DNA of 33,541 bases from a virus (taxonomy: Duplodnaviria; Caudoviricetes), in IMG/VR virus record IMGVR_UViG_3300032303_000199, positions 1 to 33,541 of that record; one strand, given 5' to 3'. The notes below the pieces were generated by a model. It saw only the letters and a program-made list of their open reading frames with translations. It was not told where the DNA came from and did no database searches. The translations under genes were made by a program, and so were the position numbers. Positions 20,966 to 30,257 of the stretch are shown in pieces (within the stretch, counting starts at the first letter, position 1; each line of letters begins with the position of its first letter).

Positions 20966-22342
20966 ATGGCAGATTTTTTCTATGATAATCAGATACGCAG
21001 ATTTTTAATTCAATTTGCAAAAATATTCAGTAACTGGCAAGTTACCAAAGGTAAAGACCCGGCTGGTAATGAAATATTAGTACGTGTTCCTGTTATGTAT
21101 GGGGATAGTAGCAGACAAGCATCAACTATCCTTGCTAACAATAGTGCAAGCAATCTTCCAAGCGCACCATTAATAACGTATTATATTGGTGGATTAGAAT
21201 ATGATCAAAAACGAACTCAAGACCCTACCTTCATTGATAAAATTCAAGTTCGTCAACGTTCTTATAATAGCGAAACACAAAGCTATGAAACCGTGCAAGG
21301 ACAAGCATTTACTGTTGAACGACTAATGCCGGTACCGTATACATTACGAATTACCGTAGATTTTTGGACTACTAATTACAATCAAAAACTACAGTTGGTT
21401 GAACAATTAGGTACATTGTTTAATCCTGCATTAGAAATTCAAAGCACTGATAACTTTATTGATTGGACTAGTTTAAGTGTTGTATACCAAGATGGATTAA
21501 CATTTAGTAGTCGTAGTATTCCAGTAGGCACAGGTAATCCAATTGATGTGATGAGTTGGAAATTCTATATGCCAATCTGGATTAGCACAGCAAGTAAACT
21601 TAAGAAGATGGGTGTTATTGAGAAAATAATTGCATCAATCTTTAAAGGCAATGCATTGACTGACATTCAAGATGATGATTTGTTATTGGGTACAAGACAA
21701 AAAATCACACCATATGGATATAAGATATTGTTGATAGGCAATACATTACAAATATTACCACAAGCAATTGCATTCTATCCCGGTAATAATAATTTAGAAT
21801 TGCCGCCTAATCCGGATACAGATATCTATTGGGCTAGTGTATTAAATGTATACGGAACCGTTAAACCTGGTATTAGTCAAATTTGGTTACAAAATCCATA
21901 CATGACAACTGATATAGTAGGTACAATTGTTCCCAATCCAAATGATGATAGATTATTAATTTATAATATTGATCCAGACACCTTGCCGCAAAACACATTA
22001 GATCCAGTTGATGGAGTGATTAATCCTCAATTGACAGGGCCAAACGCAGGATTACCCGGACCAGTTAATGGACGTAGATATTTGTTAGTAGACAATATAG
22101 GTTCTCCCGGTGATAGCACGGTTGCTTGGGGTACAGTAGTTGCCTTTGCTAATGACATTATTGAATACAGTACAGGAACTGGACAATGGTTTGTTAGTTT
22201 TGATAGTACTATTGCAACCCCAACTACATTAGAATATGTAACTAACTTAACAACTAATGTTCAATATCGTTTTGTAGATGATACCTGGATGAAATCATAC
22301 GAAGGATGGTACGATCAAGGGGATTATTCTATCGTCATCTAA
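20966..22342 (+). CDS. Tail sheath stabiliser/tail terminator (gp15-like) with C-terminal extension
   Basis: FFYDNQIRRFLIQFAKIFSN...VPVMYG...MPVPYTL...QLVEQLGTLFNP. Confidence 0.85.
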   Translation: MADFFYDNQIRRFLIQFAKIFSNWQVTKGKDPAGNEILVRVPVMYGDSSRQASTILANNSASNLPSAPLITYYIGGLEYDQKRTQDPTFIDKIQVRQRSYNSETQSYETVQGQAFTVERLMPVPYTLRITVDFWTTNYNQKLQLVEQLGTLFNPALEIQSTDNFIDWTSLSVVYQDGLTFSSRSIPVGTGNPIDVMSWKFYMPIWISTASKLKKMGVIEKIIASIFKGNALTDIQDDDLLLGTRQKITPYGYKILLIGNTLQILPQAIAFYPGNNNLELPPNPDTDIYWASVLNVYGTVKPGISQIWLQNPYMTTDIVGTIVPNPNDDRLLIYNIDPDTLPQNTLDPVDGVINPQLTGPNAGLPGPVNGRRYLLVDNIGSPGDSTVAWGTVVAFANDIIEYSTGTGQWFVSFDSTIATPTTLEYVTNLTTNVQYRFVDDTWMKSYEGWYDQGDYSIVI

Positions 22343-22361
22343 TACTGTGATAAATCATAGT

Positions 22362-22778
22362 ATGAGCAATACATCAGCCGGAGTTTTCTTTTATAGTAAT
22401 AAAACAAATCGCTACCTTTATCTATTACGCACAGATAATAAAAACCCAGGAAACTGGGGTATTCCGGGTGGCAAGATAGAAGAGGATGAAACTCTTTTTG
22501 AGGGTATTACTAGAGAATGCACAGAAGAAATTGGCATTTTTCCGAACAAAGCTAAACTAATCCCTATACAGAAATTTATCAATCATACATTCATATATCA
22601 TACATTCTTTTGTGAAGTAAGTGATGAGTTTGTACCAATACTAAATGAAGAACATTGTGGATATGCATGGGTAGGAGATAATCAATATCCTAAACCATTA
22701 CATCCTGGATTGTTCAGTACAGTAAACTTTGATGTAGTACAGGATAAGTTAAAAGCACTTACAAAAAAAGAGACCTAA
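22362..22778 (+). CDS. NUDIX hydrolase
   Basis: Nudix box GGKIEEDETLFEGITRECTEEIGI, LNEEHCGYAW; likely start MSNTSAG. Confidence 0.92.
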   Translation: MSNTSAGVFFYSNKTNRYLYLLRTDNKNPGNWGIPGGKIEEDETLFEGITRECTEEIGIFPNKAKLIPIQKFINHTFIYHTFFCEVSDEFVPILNEEHCGYAWVGDNQYPKPLHPGLFSTVNFDVVQDKLKALTKKET

Positions 22779-22790
22779 GTCTCTTTTTTT
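22763..22790. terminator. Bidirectional terminator between convergent genes
   Basis: aaaaaaagagac-ctaa-gtctcttttttt. Confidence 0.85.
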
Positions 22791-23103
22791 ATTTTAATAA
22801 TGCTGACACTGTAGGAAAACCCATTGAGCCGATTATTATACCGGCTCCCATCATCATCCATCGCCATTTTTCTAATACTGAAATCTTACCGGCTAACTCA
22901 GTATGTTCTTTGACATCCTGCTCACGCATAGATTTTAGCATTTTTCTAGTTTCTTCTGCGTTGGCTTCAATCATATCATGTAGTGCTTTCAGATCCACTT
23001 TAAGTTCCCCGATTTTTTCTTCAAGGTTCTTAACTTGGATCTGAAGTACCGCAATTTCAGTTTCAGGTTGCATTTTGTTAGCCTTATTTGCTGCGGTTGC
23101 CAT
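22789..23103 (-). CDS. Coiled-coil protein with C-terminal TM helix (XhlA/holin-like)
   Basis: Heptad-rich body, then LEKWRWMMMGAGIIIGSMG. Confidence 0.6.
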   Translation of the reverse strand: MATAANKANKMQPETEIAVLQIQVKNLEEKIGELKVDLKALHDMIEANAEETRKMLKSMREQDVKEHTELAGKISVLEKWRWMMMGAGIIIGSMGFPTVSALLK

Positions 23104-23105
23104 GA

Positions 23106-24371
23106 TTATGCACTTGCAATAGTAACTAATTCATACGGTTGACCGTTGGTCGCATTAGCTGCTGCCGCTGTATTGAATGTTGCAAATACTGGAGCAGCAT
23201 TTTGGAACACAATATTACCAGTAGCAATAGGACCTGAAGTAGCAGTAAACAACTCACCTGTGTGGTCAGAAAGACTTTGAACTGTTTGAGTAGAACTATT
23301 AGCATATGTAGCAAGGATACGCATTGAGTTTGGTGTCAATGCTGTATTAGCAAGGTTAGCTGTATAGCATTGTGCTGTTAAACCACTTGTTGCGCCAGTC
23401 ACTAGATATTTTTGTTTGCCTTTTTGACGAACAATGTATCCAGCTTCATCATTAGCATAAACAAATGAAGCATTTGTAAAGTCTACAGGAGGTGTAGCAA
23501 CCAATACAGTTACATCAATTCTAGCGTTTGCAGTATCAGTGCCAGTTGTAAGTCCTTTTGGGGGACCGTATTGTTCATCGGATACTGTAAATGCAGATGC
23601 GTTGGCAATAGTTTTAACAAAGTACTGATAATTTGCAACCAAACCACCTGTATTTGCACTGAATATAACTGGTGCGCCAACAAACAATGTTTGAGCATTA
23701 CCTGAAGTACGAATAACGTTACCTGTAGCATTTGTATTAGCAACTGCAACAGTAACATAGCCAGTGTTAGTACCAACAAAACCAACTGTTGTATAATCAG
23801 TACCACCGTTAATATTTGCAGAAGCAACTTGAATAGCAGAACCAACAGATAATGTGTTAGCAAAGTCTGTTCCAGATCCATATACATTCAAATTACCTGT
23901 ATCACCATAAAGTGTACCTGTTCCATTGATACCAATAGCAACTTGTGCTAGTACTTGTTTACCAATGATTGCTGTATTACCACCAACTACACTATATGTG
24001 TTGGCGTTTGTTGCCGGGAAACCAGCACCTGCGGTTGGATTATTGAAATATGCATCAACAACATTAAATGATGCTTTAACTGATTGACCGGTTGTGTCTG
24101 TCAATGTTTGTATTACTTGTGGTTGTACACTTAATTGAGTTTGTGATACATCAAATGTAGTATTTGATAATATATTATTTACATAGTAAATTGTGTTAGC
24201 TGTTAATCCACCAACGGTAGTAGCAACTATAAATGACATACCTTTAGCTATTCCTACAGTAGGGCTTGTAGTTAGATTTCCACCTGATACTGTGACGATA
24301 CTGCCTGTTGCTGCTGTATCAGTAATGGTTAAGACTGCTTGAGCCTTTGCGATTTTTAGAGGGCGTCCCAT
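23106..24371 (-). CDS. Virion structural protein with two repeated beta modules
   Basis: MGRPLK start, repeats GGLTANTIYYV...TTFDVS / GGLVANYQYFV...SAFTVS, GYIVRQKG motif; SD AGGAG. Confidence 0.75.
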   Translation of the reverse strand: MGRPLKIAKAQAVLTITDTAATGSIVTVSGGNLTTSPTVGIAKGMSFIVATTVGGLTANTIYYVNNILSNTTFDVSQTQLSVQPQVIQTLTDTTGQSVKASFNVVDAYFNNPTAGAGFPATNANTYSVVGGNTAIIGKQVLAQVAIGINGTGTLYGDTGNLNVYGSGTDFANTLSVGSAIQVASANINGGTDYTTVGFVGTNTGYVTVAVANTNATGNVIRTSGNAQTLFVGAPVIFSANTGGLVANYQYFVKTIANASAFTVSDEQYGPPKGLTTGTDTANARIDVTVLVATPPVDFTNASFVYANDEAGYIVRQKGKQKYLVTGATSGLTAQCYTANLANTALTPNSMRILATYANSSTQTVQSLSDHTGELFTATSGPIATGNIVFQNAAPVFATFNTAAAANATNGQPYELVTIASA

Positions 24372-24393
24372 TTGATTTCTCCTAATATGGGTT

Positions 24394-24461
24394 GCGGGTT
24401 CTAGCCGCCGTTAATGAGTTATCATTACGAAGCACCGTATTGTGCTATATCAATCTATTTA
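24394..24461 (-). promoter_or_regulatory. Late promoter plus three-hairpin 5' leader
   Basis: TAAATA 24461-24456; stems AGCAC/GTGCT, TAATGA/TCATTA, GCGG/CCGC. Confidence 0.65.
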
Positions 24462-24490
24462 TCATTTTATCAAAAAATGAACAACATGCA

Positions 24491-24569
24491 TAAATAAAAG
24501 TGTAGTCCACGAGCCTCTTATCTCTCCGACTACTCTAACGCTTTAGGGAGCAATCAGCATGTATATTTA
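24491..24569 (+). ncRNA. Structured leader element, copy B (upstream of GIY-YIG gene)
   Basis: TAAATAAAAGTGTAGTC-CAC-GAG-CCTCTTATCT-CTC-C-GACTACTCTAACGCT...GGAGCAATCAGCATGTATATTTA; homologous to 8787-8866. Confidence 0.7.
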
Positions 24570-25170
24570 TTCAAAACAGAATCTTCCCCAAGGATTTTAT
24601 GTTTACGCATATATAAGATCCAAAGACTCAAAAACTGCCAAAGCAGGAACGCCTTATTATATTGGCAAAGGCTCAGGTACTAGGGCGAGTGACCGACATT
24701 TGTGTCCTGTACCCAAAGATCATCGTAACATCATAATAATGGAACAACGACTCACCGATACCGGATCATTAGCTATTGAAAGACGAATGATAAAGTGGTA
24801 CGGGCGAGTTGACAACGGGTCAGGAGTATTAAGAAATAGAACTGACGGTGGTGATGGATCATCGGGATTAGTAGTATCTGAAATTACTCGCAAAAAACAT
24901 AAAAATTCTATAAATTTACTTGAAATAAAAATAAAACATAGAAATGCAATGATTGTCTTATACCAAGATCCAATATACAAACTTACAAGAGAGAAAGTGA
25001 GAATTAAGTTAGCCGACCCTACCATCTATGAATTCTATCATATTAACGGCACAATTGAGTATTGTACTAGGACTAACTTAATAAAAAAATATAATCTCCC
25101 AAGTGGACATATATCTAATATGATCCACGAGAGGCATCGTGTGGTAAAGGGCTGGAGAGTAAAAGAATAA
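24559..25170 (+). CDS. Free-standing GIY-YIG-family homing endonuclease
   Basis: FYVYAY...PYYIGKG...R...E...[10 protein letters not shown]; C-terminal HTH-like module ending KGWR; inserted antisense to the late operon. Confidence 0.85.
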   Translation: MYIYSKQNLPQGFYVYAYIRSKDSKTAKAGTPYYIGKGSGTRASDRHLCPVPKDHRNIIIMEQRLTDTGSLAIERRMIKWYGRVDNGSGVLRNRTDGGDGSSGLVVSEITRKKHKNSINLLEIKIKHRNAMIVLYQDPIYKLTREKVRIKLADPTIYEFYHINGTIEYCTRTNLIKKYNLPSGHISNMIHERHRVVKGWRVKE

Positions 25171-25194
25171 TATATTTATCTCAAAGATTAAAAA

Positions 25195-25758
25195 TTAGTA
25201 GTTGGGAACACCAGACGGGATAATTCCAACTGGATTAACACCAGATGTTCCAGTGTTTGAATGAGGCATGCCTAATTCCGTGATAGAGAATATACTATTG
25301 GCGCCTGCTAATGACAAGTAAGAAACAATGTTTCCTTGACCTACAATGATACTATTTTCTACAGTATTTGCTGGAATGACTTGACTATTAGCATTTGCTA
25401 CTGTATAAGGAACACCGTATGGACTATATCTTGCTGTAGTATTTGCTATCGCCACTGAGGAATTTGCTGTTAGAGTTAAACTAGTATTATTAGCAATTGA
25501 TTTAACGATGCCAGCTGAGTTTCCAGTAGTATTACCAATCCAATAACCAATTCCTAATTCTGTTAGAAATAACGTTCCTACTCCGGTTACTGTAGTACTA
25601 TTTGTAGCACATGTTAGATTTCCAGTTAATGCTACATTAGGGAAACTAGTAGTATATTGAATAGCTGCATTAGAAGTAGCTATTCTTACTTTATCGGTTG
25701 CAATATTTGCCGAAGCTGCCGGGGTTGCAATGTTTGCTGTATATGCGTATGTTGTCAT
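25195..25758 (-). CDS. Putative virion structural protein
   Basis: 187 aa, T/N/A-rich, STTVTGVGTLF fibre-type motif; TAAATA at 25778-25783. Confidence 0.7.
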   Translation of the reverse strand: MTTYAYTANIATPAASANIATDKVRIATSNAAIQYTTSFPNVALTGNLTCATNSTTVTGVGTLFLTELGIGYWIGNTTGNSAGIVKSIANNTSLTLTANSSVAIANTTARYSPYGVPYTVANANSQVIPANTVENSIIVGQGNIVSYLSLAGANSIFSITELGMPHSNTGTSGVNPVGIIPSGVPNY

Positions 25759-25786
25759 TTTTATTATTCCTATATCTTATTTATTA

Positions 25787-28700
25787 TTAAAGTCTGCCAA
25801 CCGCTACTTCAATAATGCCTTCGCCCTCAAAGTTCTCTAGTGATTTACCAATTACTGTACCCATTAGTGGAATTGTTGATGGACGAGCAAAACCTCCGCC
25901 GGCGCTTACTAGCATATCACCTTTACGAATAGGTCCACGAACTTTACATGGTACACGCCCTTGAAGTGCGATTGCTACAATATGTTCACCCTCGCAAGTT
26001 GAATTCATTACATAAGCAGGGTTAGTTGATACTACACCTGCTACTCTTGGTGTTAGTGCTTCTGCTAGTGTAACTTCTTTTTGTCCACCAAACTCTAATA
26101 CAGTTCCTGCTTCATATGGCTTATCTGATTCATAGTATTCTGCCAAGTCAGCATATGTTGCTTGTAATTTACTACCAGCACTTAATGACCAGTTACCTGT
26201 AATGGTTCCAAGAAGCGTATTTGCACCAGTAGTAAGTGTCATGTTATTGCCGCTGATTGTTTGTGCATTGGCAAAGGTAAGGGTAGTGAATGATGTACTT
26301 ACACTAGTGATGTTTGGCTGTGCTGCTGTTGTTAATGTACCAGTAAAGTAGTTAGCACTAACTAGATTACCCCCAGTTATATTTCCATTTGTTATATTAC
26401 CTGTTACTGCTAAACTTGTTAGTGTACCTGTACTTGTGATGTTTGGCTGTGCATTAGTAGTTACTGTACCCGCTGTACCTGCACTTACTGCATATGTTGC
26501 ATTTGCTACAGTACCTGTTACATTGGCACCTACTAATGAACTTAATCCATTTCCATTACCAGTGATTACGCCGGATCCTGTATTCAATGTTCCAGTAATA
26601 TTAGCACCAGTTCCAGTTACAACCATTGTTGTATTGCCAGCGGCTGTTAAGTTGATGTTACCGTTAACCGATGGTATACTTACATTACTTGTTCCGTTCG
26701 CTAGTATACCACCTATATTACCCAATATGTTACCAACAAATGTAGTAGCAATAATTGCACCATTTGCTAAGTTAGCACTAATAGTAGTATTACTTGCTAA
26801 TTGATAATTAGCAGTTGTATTACCGTTAACAAAAGTTGGGTAGTAAATGCCAGATGTTTGAGTAGTAACTGCTCCATATGTTGAAACATTTGCATTAGGA
26901 ACAGTTCCTGTAACATTTCCGCCTGCAATCGCTGTTAATGAACTGCCGTTACCAGAGAATAATGTAGCACTTAACGCACCAGTCACTGCGTTGAATGATA
27001 AGTTAGCATTACTACCTAATTGGTAGTTAGCAGTAGAGCTGCCACTAACAAAAGTTGGGTACCATGTTCCAATATTATTAGTAATAACATTACTATACTC
27101 GGATACATTGGATCTTGCTACATATAAATTAGGAACTACAGTTGTACTACTAACAGTAAATGGAGCAGTACCGGTTGCTACATTAGATATGAATTGAGGT
27201 GTAGTAATATTAGCACTTGCTAATACTTGTGCTGTTCCCAAATTACCAACATTAGCATTACCAACAACGTTAGCATATCCAGGTACATTAATACCGCTAT
27301 TAGCAATTACCAATGCAGCAGTTGTGTTAGCATTAGCAAATATAGAAATATTACCATTACTAGCGATAGTAATATTAGCAGTACCGTTTTGCATTAATCC
27401 ACTATTAATAGTAGTAATATTACCTGTTGTAATTATTGCTGTTGCTGTACCTAAATTGCCAACATTAGCATTACCAGATACGTTAGCAGTACCGGCTATA
27501 TTAGCACCAGTTGATGTGATAACTAATCTGTTTGCACCTGTAACTGCAATAGCAATATTTGCATTTGCAGTAAGGTTAATGTTACTGTTACCACTTTGCA
27601 TTAATCCACTATTGATAGTAGTAATATTACCTGTTGTAGCAATTAATGTAGTTGTACCCAAATTACCAGTATTAGCATTACTAGTTACATTTAATAATGT
27701 AGTAGTTAAATTGCCTGTTGCAGCGTTGAATGATAGATTAGCATTTGCACCTTGTGCTAAATTACCTGAGGTTGCATTAACAAATATGGGATACCATGTA
27801 CCAGTAGTTGTTAATGCAGTATTAGCATATTCAGAAACATTTGACCTAGCTACAAACAAATTAGGAACAAGTGTTGTACTTGTTACAGTTAGTGGTGCTG
27901 TACCAACAGCAACGTTTGAAACTAATATTGGACTAGTAACTGCTGTGGTTGCATTAATATTTGCAGCAATAACATTACCTGATGACAATGTTAATGTTGT
28001 TGTATTTTTGTTAAATGTAAAAGCAGCGACACCATTTGAAATATTTTGATCATTGAATTGTACAGTAGTATTTGACCCACCTACTACTCCACTACCACTA
28101 CCACCTAATGCAGCAGTGGCTATTCCAGAATTCGCTACATACGTTAACAATCCTGCACCATTGGCAGTTGCTGTTAAACCTAAATCTGTATAAAGTACTA
28201 CATTGCCTGAAGTAGCGTAATCTCCGTTCAGTTTCAAATAAAAGGTATGTCCATTGATATTTGAATTGGCACTTGAATTAGTAATTGTTGCGCCGGAGAT
28301 AGTTATAATTTGTCCATTGGTGTATGGGGTCAAATTAGAAACTGTCATGGTAACAATATTACCAGTGACATTATTAGTTAATCCTTTAATTGTAGTATAC
28401 AATGTATTCTTGGGAGTCCAAGAAAGATTTCCTAATCCGTCTGTTTCTAAGATATATCCAATGGCCCCGCCGGTCATTGAAATATTTGATACATTGCCTA
28501 ATTTAAGTTTGGCTCCGTCAAGTTGTGTAGTTAATCCGGTGTAGTTTTCCCATGTATCAGTACTTGATACATATGTTAATATTTGACCGTTTTGAGGTCC
28601 AACAATATTAAAGTTACCACCATCACTACCGTTGATTTGACTAAAACTTATATTGGAATATGATGTTAATACTTCAATATTCTCATCTGCATAAGTGTTT

Positions 28701-28825
28701 CCGGTTCTTCCAATGAAAAGTCTATTTTCATCAGTTGCCCAGCCAAATTCACCGTTATCTAATTGGGGTAAATCAACTAGGTTACCTGCTCGTTGCTGTA
28801 TCTTTGAGATTTGTACTATGGCCAT
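25787..28825 (-). CDS. Long tail fibre: Mtd_N/hyaluronidase-like N-terminus, N/T/A repeats, C-terminal Peptidase_G2-type intramolecular chaperone
   Basis: IQQRAG...LPQLDNGEFGWATDENRLFIG; C-terminal YADLAEYY...GVVSTNPAYVMN...ALQGRVPCKV.GPIRKGDMLVS. Confidence 0.8.
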   Translation of the reverse strand: MAIVQISKIQQRAGNLVDLPQLDNGEFGWATDENRLFIGRTGNTYADENIEVLTSYSNISFSQINGSDGGNFNIVGPQNGQILTYVSSTDTWENYTGLTTQLDGAKLKLGNVSNISMTGGAIGYILETDGLGNLSWTPKNTLYTTIKGLTNNVTGNIVTMTVSNLTPYTNGQIITISGATITNSSANSNINGHTFYLKLNGDYATSGNVVLYTDLGLTATANGAGLLTYVANSGIATAALGGSGSGVVGGSNTTVQFNDQNISNGVAAFTFNKNTTTLTLSSGNVIAANINATTAVTSPILVSNVAVGTAPLTVTSTTLVPNLFVARSNVSEYANTALTTTGTWYPIFVNATSGNLAQGANANLSFNAATGNLTTTLLNVTSNANTGNLGTTTLIATTGNITTINSGLMQSGNSNINLTANANIAIAVTGANRLVITSTGANIAGTANVSGNANVGNLGTATAIITTGNITTINSGLMQNGTANITIASNGNISIFANANTTAALVIANSGINVPGYANVVGNANVGNLGTAQVLASANITTPQFISNVATGTAPFTVSSTTVVPNLYVARSNVSEYSNVITNNIGTWYPTFVSGSSTANYQLGSNANLSFNAVTGALSATLFSGNGSSLTAIAGGNVTGTVPNANVSTYGAVTTQTSGIYYPTFVNGNTTANYQLASNTTISANLANGAIIATTFVGNILGNIGGILANGTSNVSIPSVNGNINLTAAGNTTMVVTGTGANITGTLNTGSGVITGNGNGLSSLVGANVTGTVANATYAVSAGTAGTVTTNAQPNITSTGTLTSLAVTGNITNGNITGGNLVSANYFTGTLTTAAQPNITSVSTSFTTLTFANAQTISGNNMTLTTGANTLLGTITGNWSLSAGSKLQATYADLAEYYESDKPYEAGTVLEFGGQKEVTLAEALTPRVAGVVSTNPAYVMNSTCEGEHIVAIALQGRVPCKVRGPIRKGDMLVSAGGGFARPSTIPLMGTVIGKSLENFEGEGIIEVAVGRL

Positions 28826-28856
28826 AAGTGTAATTCTTCACGTTTACACTTATTTA
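28825..28856 (-). promoter_or_regulatory. Late promoter overlapping a hairpin that covers the fibre start codon
   Basis: TAAA-TAAGTGTAA-ACGTGAAGAA-TTACACTTA-TG, 9-bp stem. Confidence 0.6.
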
Positions 28857-28876
28857 TCATAATATTGACTTAACCG

Positions 28877-29563
28877 CTATACGAATTTCATGTAGTATTG
28901 CTCTACCCGCTTAAACCACATGTCACTATACTTGTCAAATTCAGTGCCTTCAATGATGAATTCCTGATAAACAACATCAGCGGTACACATAAAAATAACA
29001 CCTTTGCGTATTTTAGTCCCGTGTACTTCATTGTGAGCATTAGCATAGGCTGCTAATTGAACAAAATAATCGTCAATCCATTCTCTACGCTTTAGCTTAT
29101 TTGTTTGCTTGTGGTCCATAATAGCATCACTTCCATCATGTACCCCACACAAGTCAGTTGTACCAGCATAGATTTTAGGGAAGTATAACGGAACCTCAGT
29201 GCCCCAGTATTCATTGCACTTAACTAATCCCTGTTCAATGATTTGCTTTGCCATTTTGTGACTTTGAATACTGTAGGGATTACTTCCTGGTTCAGTAACT
29301 ATACCTGTCTTGATATAATCCTCAAGAAATTTGTGCATTCGTGTTCCTCGACCCGCTGCCTCAGTTGTAATCTCTTGTGCTTTTTGAACACCAACTCGTT
29401 TACGCCAGTTCTGTAATGCTTGTTTACTTTCTTCTGATTTAGTTGCGTCTAATATTGTTGTAACGCTTGGGAGTTTCTCACCGTCTGGTGTAGCATATCT
29501 GCGTTTACCTTCGATTTCTACCCTACTCATGGGTATATAGTTGTATTTGTTTGGATTGTACAT
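28877..29563 (-). CDS. PD-(D/E)XK exonuclease (phage exonuclease/MGME1-like)
   Basis: LPSVTTIL...RGTRMHKFLE...EVPLY...YAGTTD...IMDHKQT...YFVQLAAYA; ATG 29563 preferred because the track start overlaps the -10 box. Confidence 0.85.
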   Translation of the reverse strand: MYNPNKYNYIPMSRVEIEGKRRYATPDGEKLPSVTTILDATKSEESKQALQNWRKRVGVQKAQEITTEAAGRGTRMHKFLEDYIKTGIVTEPGSNPYSIQSHKMAKQIIEQGLVKCNEYWGTEVPLYFPKIYAGTTDLCGVHDGSDAIMDHKQTNKLKRREWIDDYFVQLAAYANAHNEVHGTKIRKGVIFMCTADVVYQEFIIEGTEFDKYSDMWFKRVEQYYMKFV

Positions 29564-29571
29564 TATAGTCA

Positions 29572-29600
29572 ATTATAGTTGAGTATAATACTAATGTCAA
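29572..29600 (-). promoter_or_regulatory. Consensus sigma70 (early) promoter
   Basis: TTGACA (29600-29595), 17 nt, TATAAT (29577-29572). Confidence 0.9.
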
Positions 29601-29921
29601 TTAGATTCGGAAACTTTCTCCGCATCCGCATCTATCACGTTCGTTAGGATTACGAAATTCAAAACCTTCATTAAGTCCATTGCGAACATAATCTATTGTC
29701 ATGCCTTGAAGATAAGCACTACTCTTTGGATCAACATACAATGCACAACCATCACATTCAATCTTTAAATCTTCTGCCATTGGGTTATCAACATATTCAA
29801 GCACATAGGCTAAACCAGAACAGCCTGTCGTTTTGACACCTATTCTGATGCCTAGTCCTTTTCCTCTTTTTGCAAGAGTTTGTTTTACTTTATTTGTTGC
29901 TTTGTCAGTTACAGTTATCAT
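29601..29921 (-). CDS. iscA: A-type Fe-S cluster carrier (IscA/HesB family)
   Basis: GVKTTGCSGLAY...GFEFRNPNERDRCGCGESF; all three conserved Cys present. Confidence 0.95.
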   Translation of the reverse strand: MITVTDKATNKVKQTLAKRGKGLGIRIGVKTTGCSGLAYVLEYVDNPMAEDLKIECDGCALYVDPKSSAYLQGMTIDYVRNGLNEGFEFRNPNERDRCGCGESFRI

Positions 29922-30256
29922 TTTGTTGGCATAGCATTTTGTGCCATTTGTTGTACAACTTGTTGACTTTGTGATTGATCTGGGTTTTCTGTATTATCAT
30001 CATGTCCTTTAAAGATAATCTGATCACCTTGAATATTCTTAATTACTGTATTCAAGGGAGGGTTCTTGATCATATCATACAAGTCGGTGATATCTAAAAC
30101 GATATCACCTTTATCTTGTAGATAAGTTAAAAATTCGTCCGTTGTATAACTACTAGGATCTACTACACCGTTCTCAACATCAGCTTTAAGCTGATTAACA
30201 AGAACGATAAGTTTAGTACTTAACGGATCGGTACCATCAAGTTCAAAGAGAAACAT
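29918..30256 (-). CDS. Hypothetical protein
   Basis: 112-aa ORF, tightly coupled to neighbours. Confidence 0.8.
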   Translation of the reverse strand: MFLFELDGTDPLSTKLIVLVNQLKADVENGVVDPSSYTTDEFLTYLQDKGDIVLDITDLYDMIKNPPLNTVIKNIQGDQIIFKGHDDNTENPDQSQSQQVVQQMAQNAMPTK

Positions 30257-30257
30257 A

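Noticed and set aside
25787-28825. Diversity-generating retroelement target (Mtd-like N-terminus)
   Set aside because: No reverse transcriptase or TR/VR pair seen; the C-terminus is a chaperone/peptidase domain
28877-29563. Exonuclease as an Fe-S Cas4, given the neighbouring iscA
   Set aside because: No 1+3 cysteine cluster pattern; separate promoter from iscA; no CRISPR in the window
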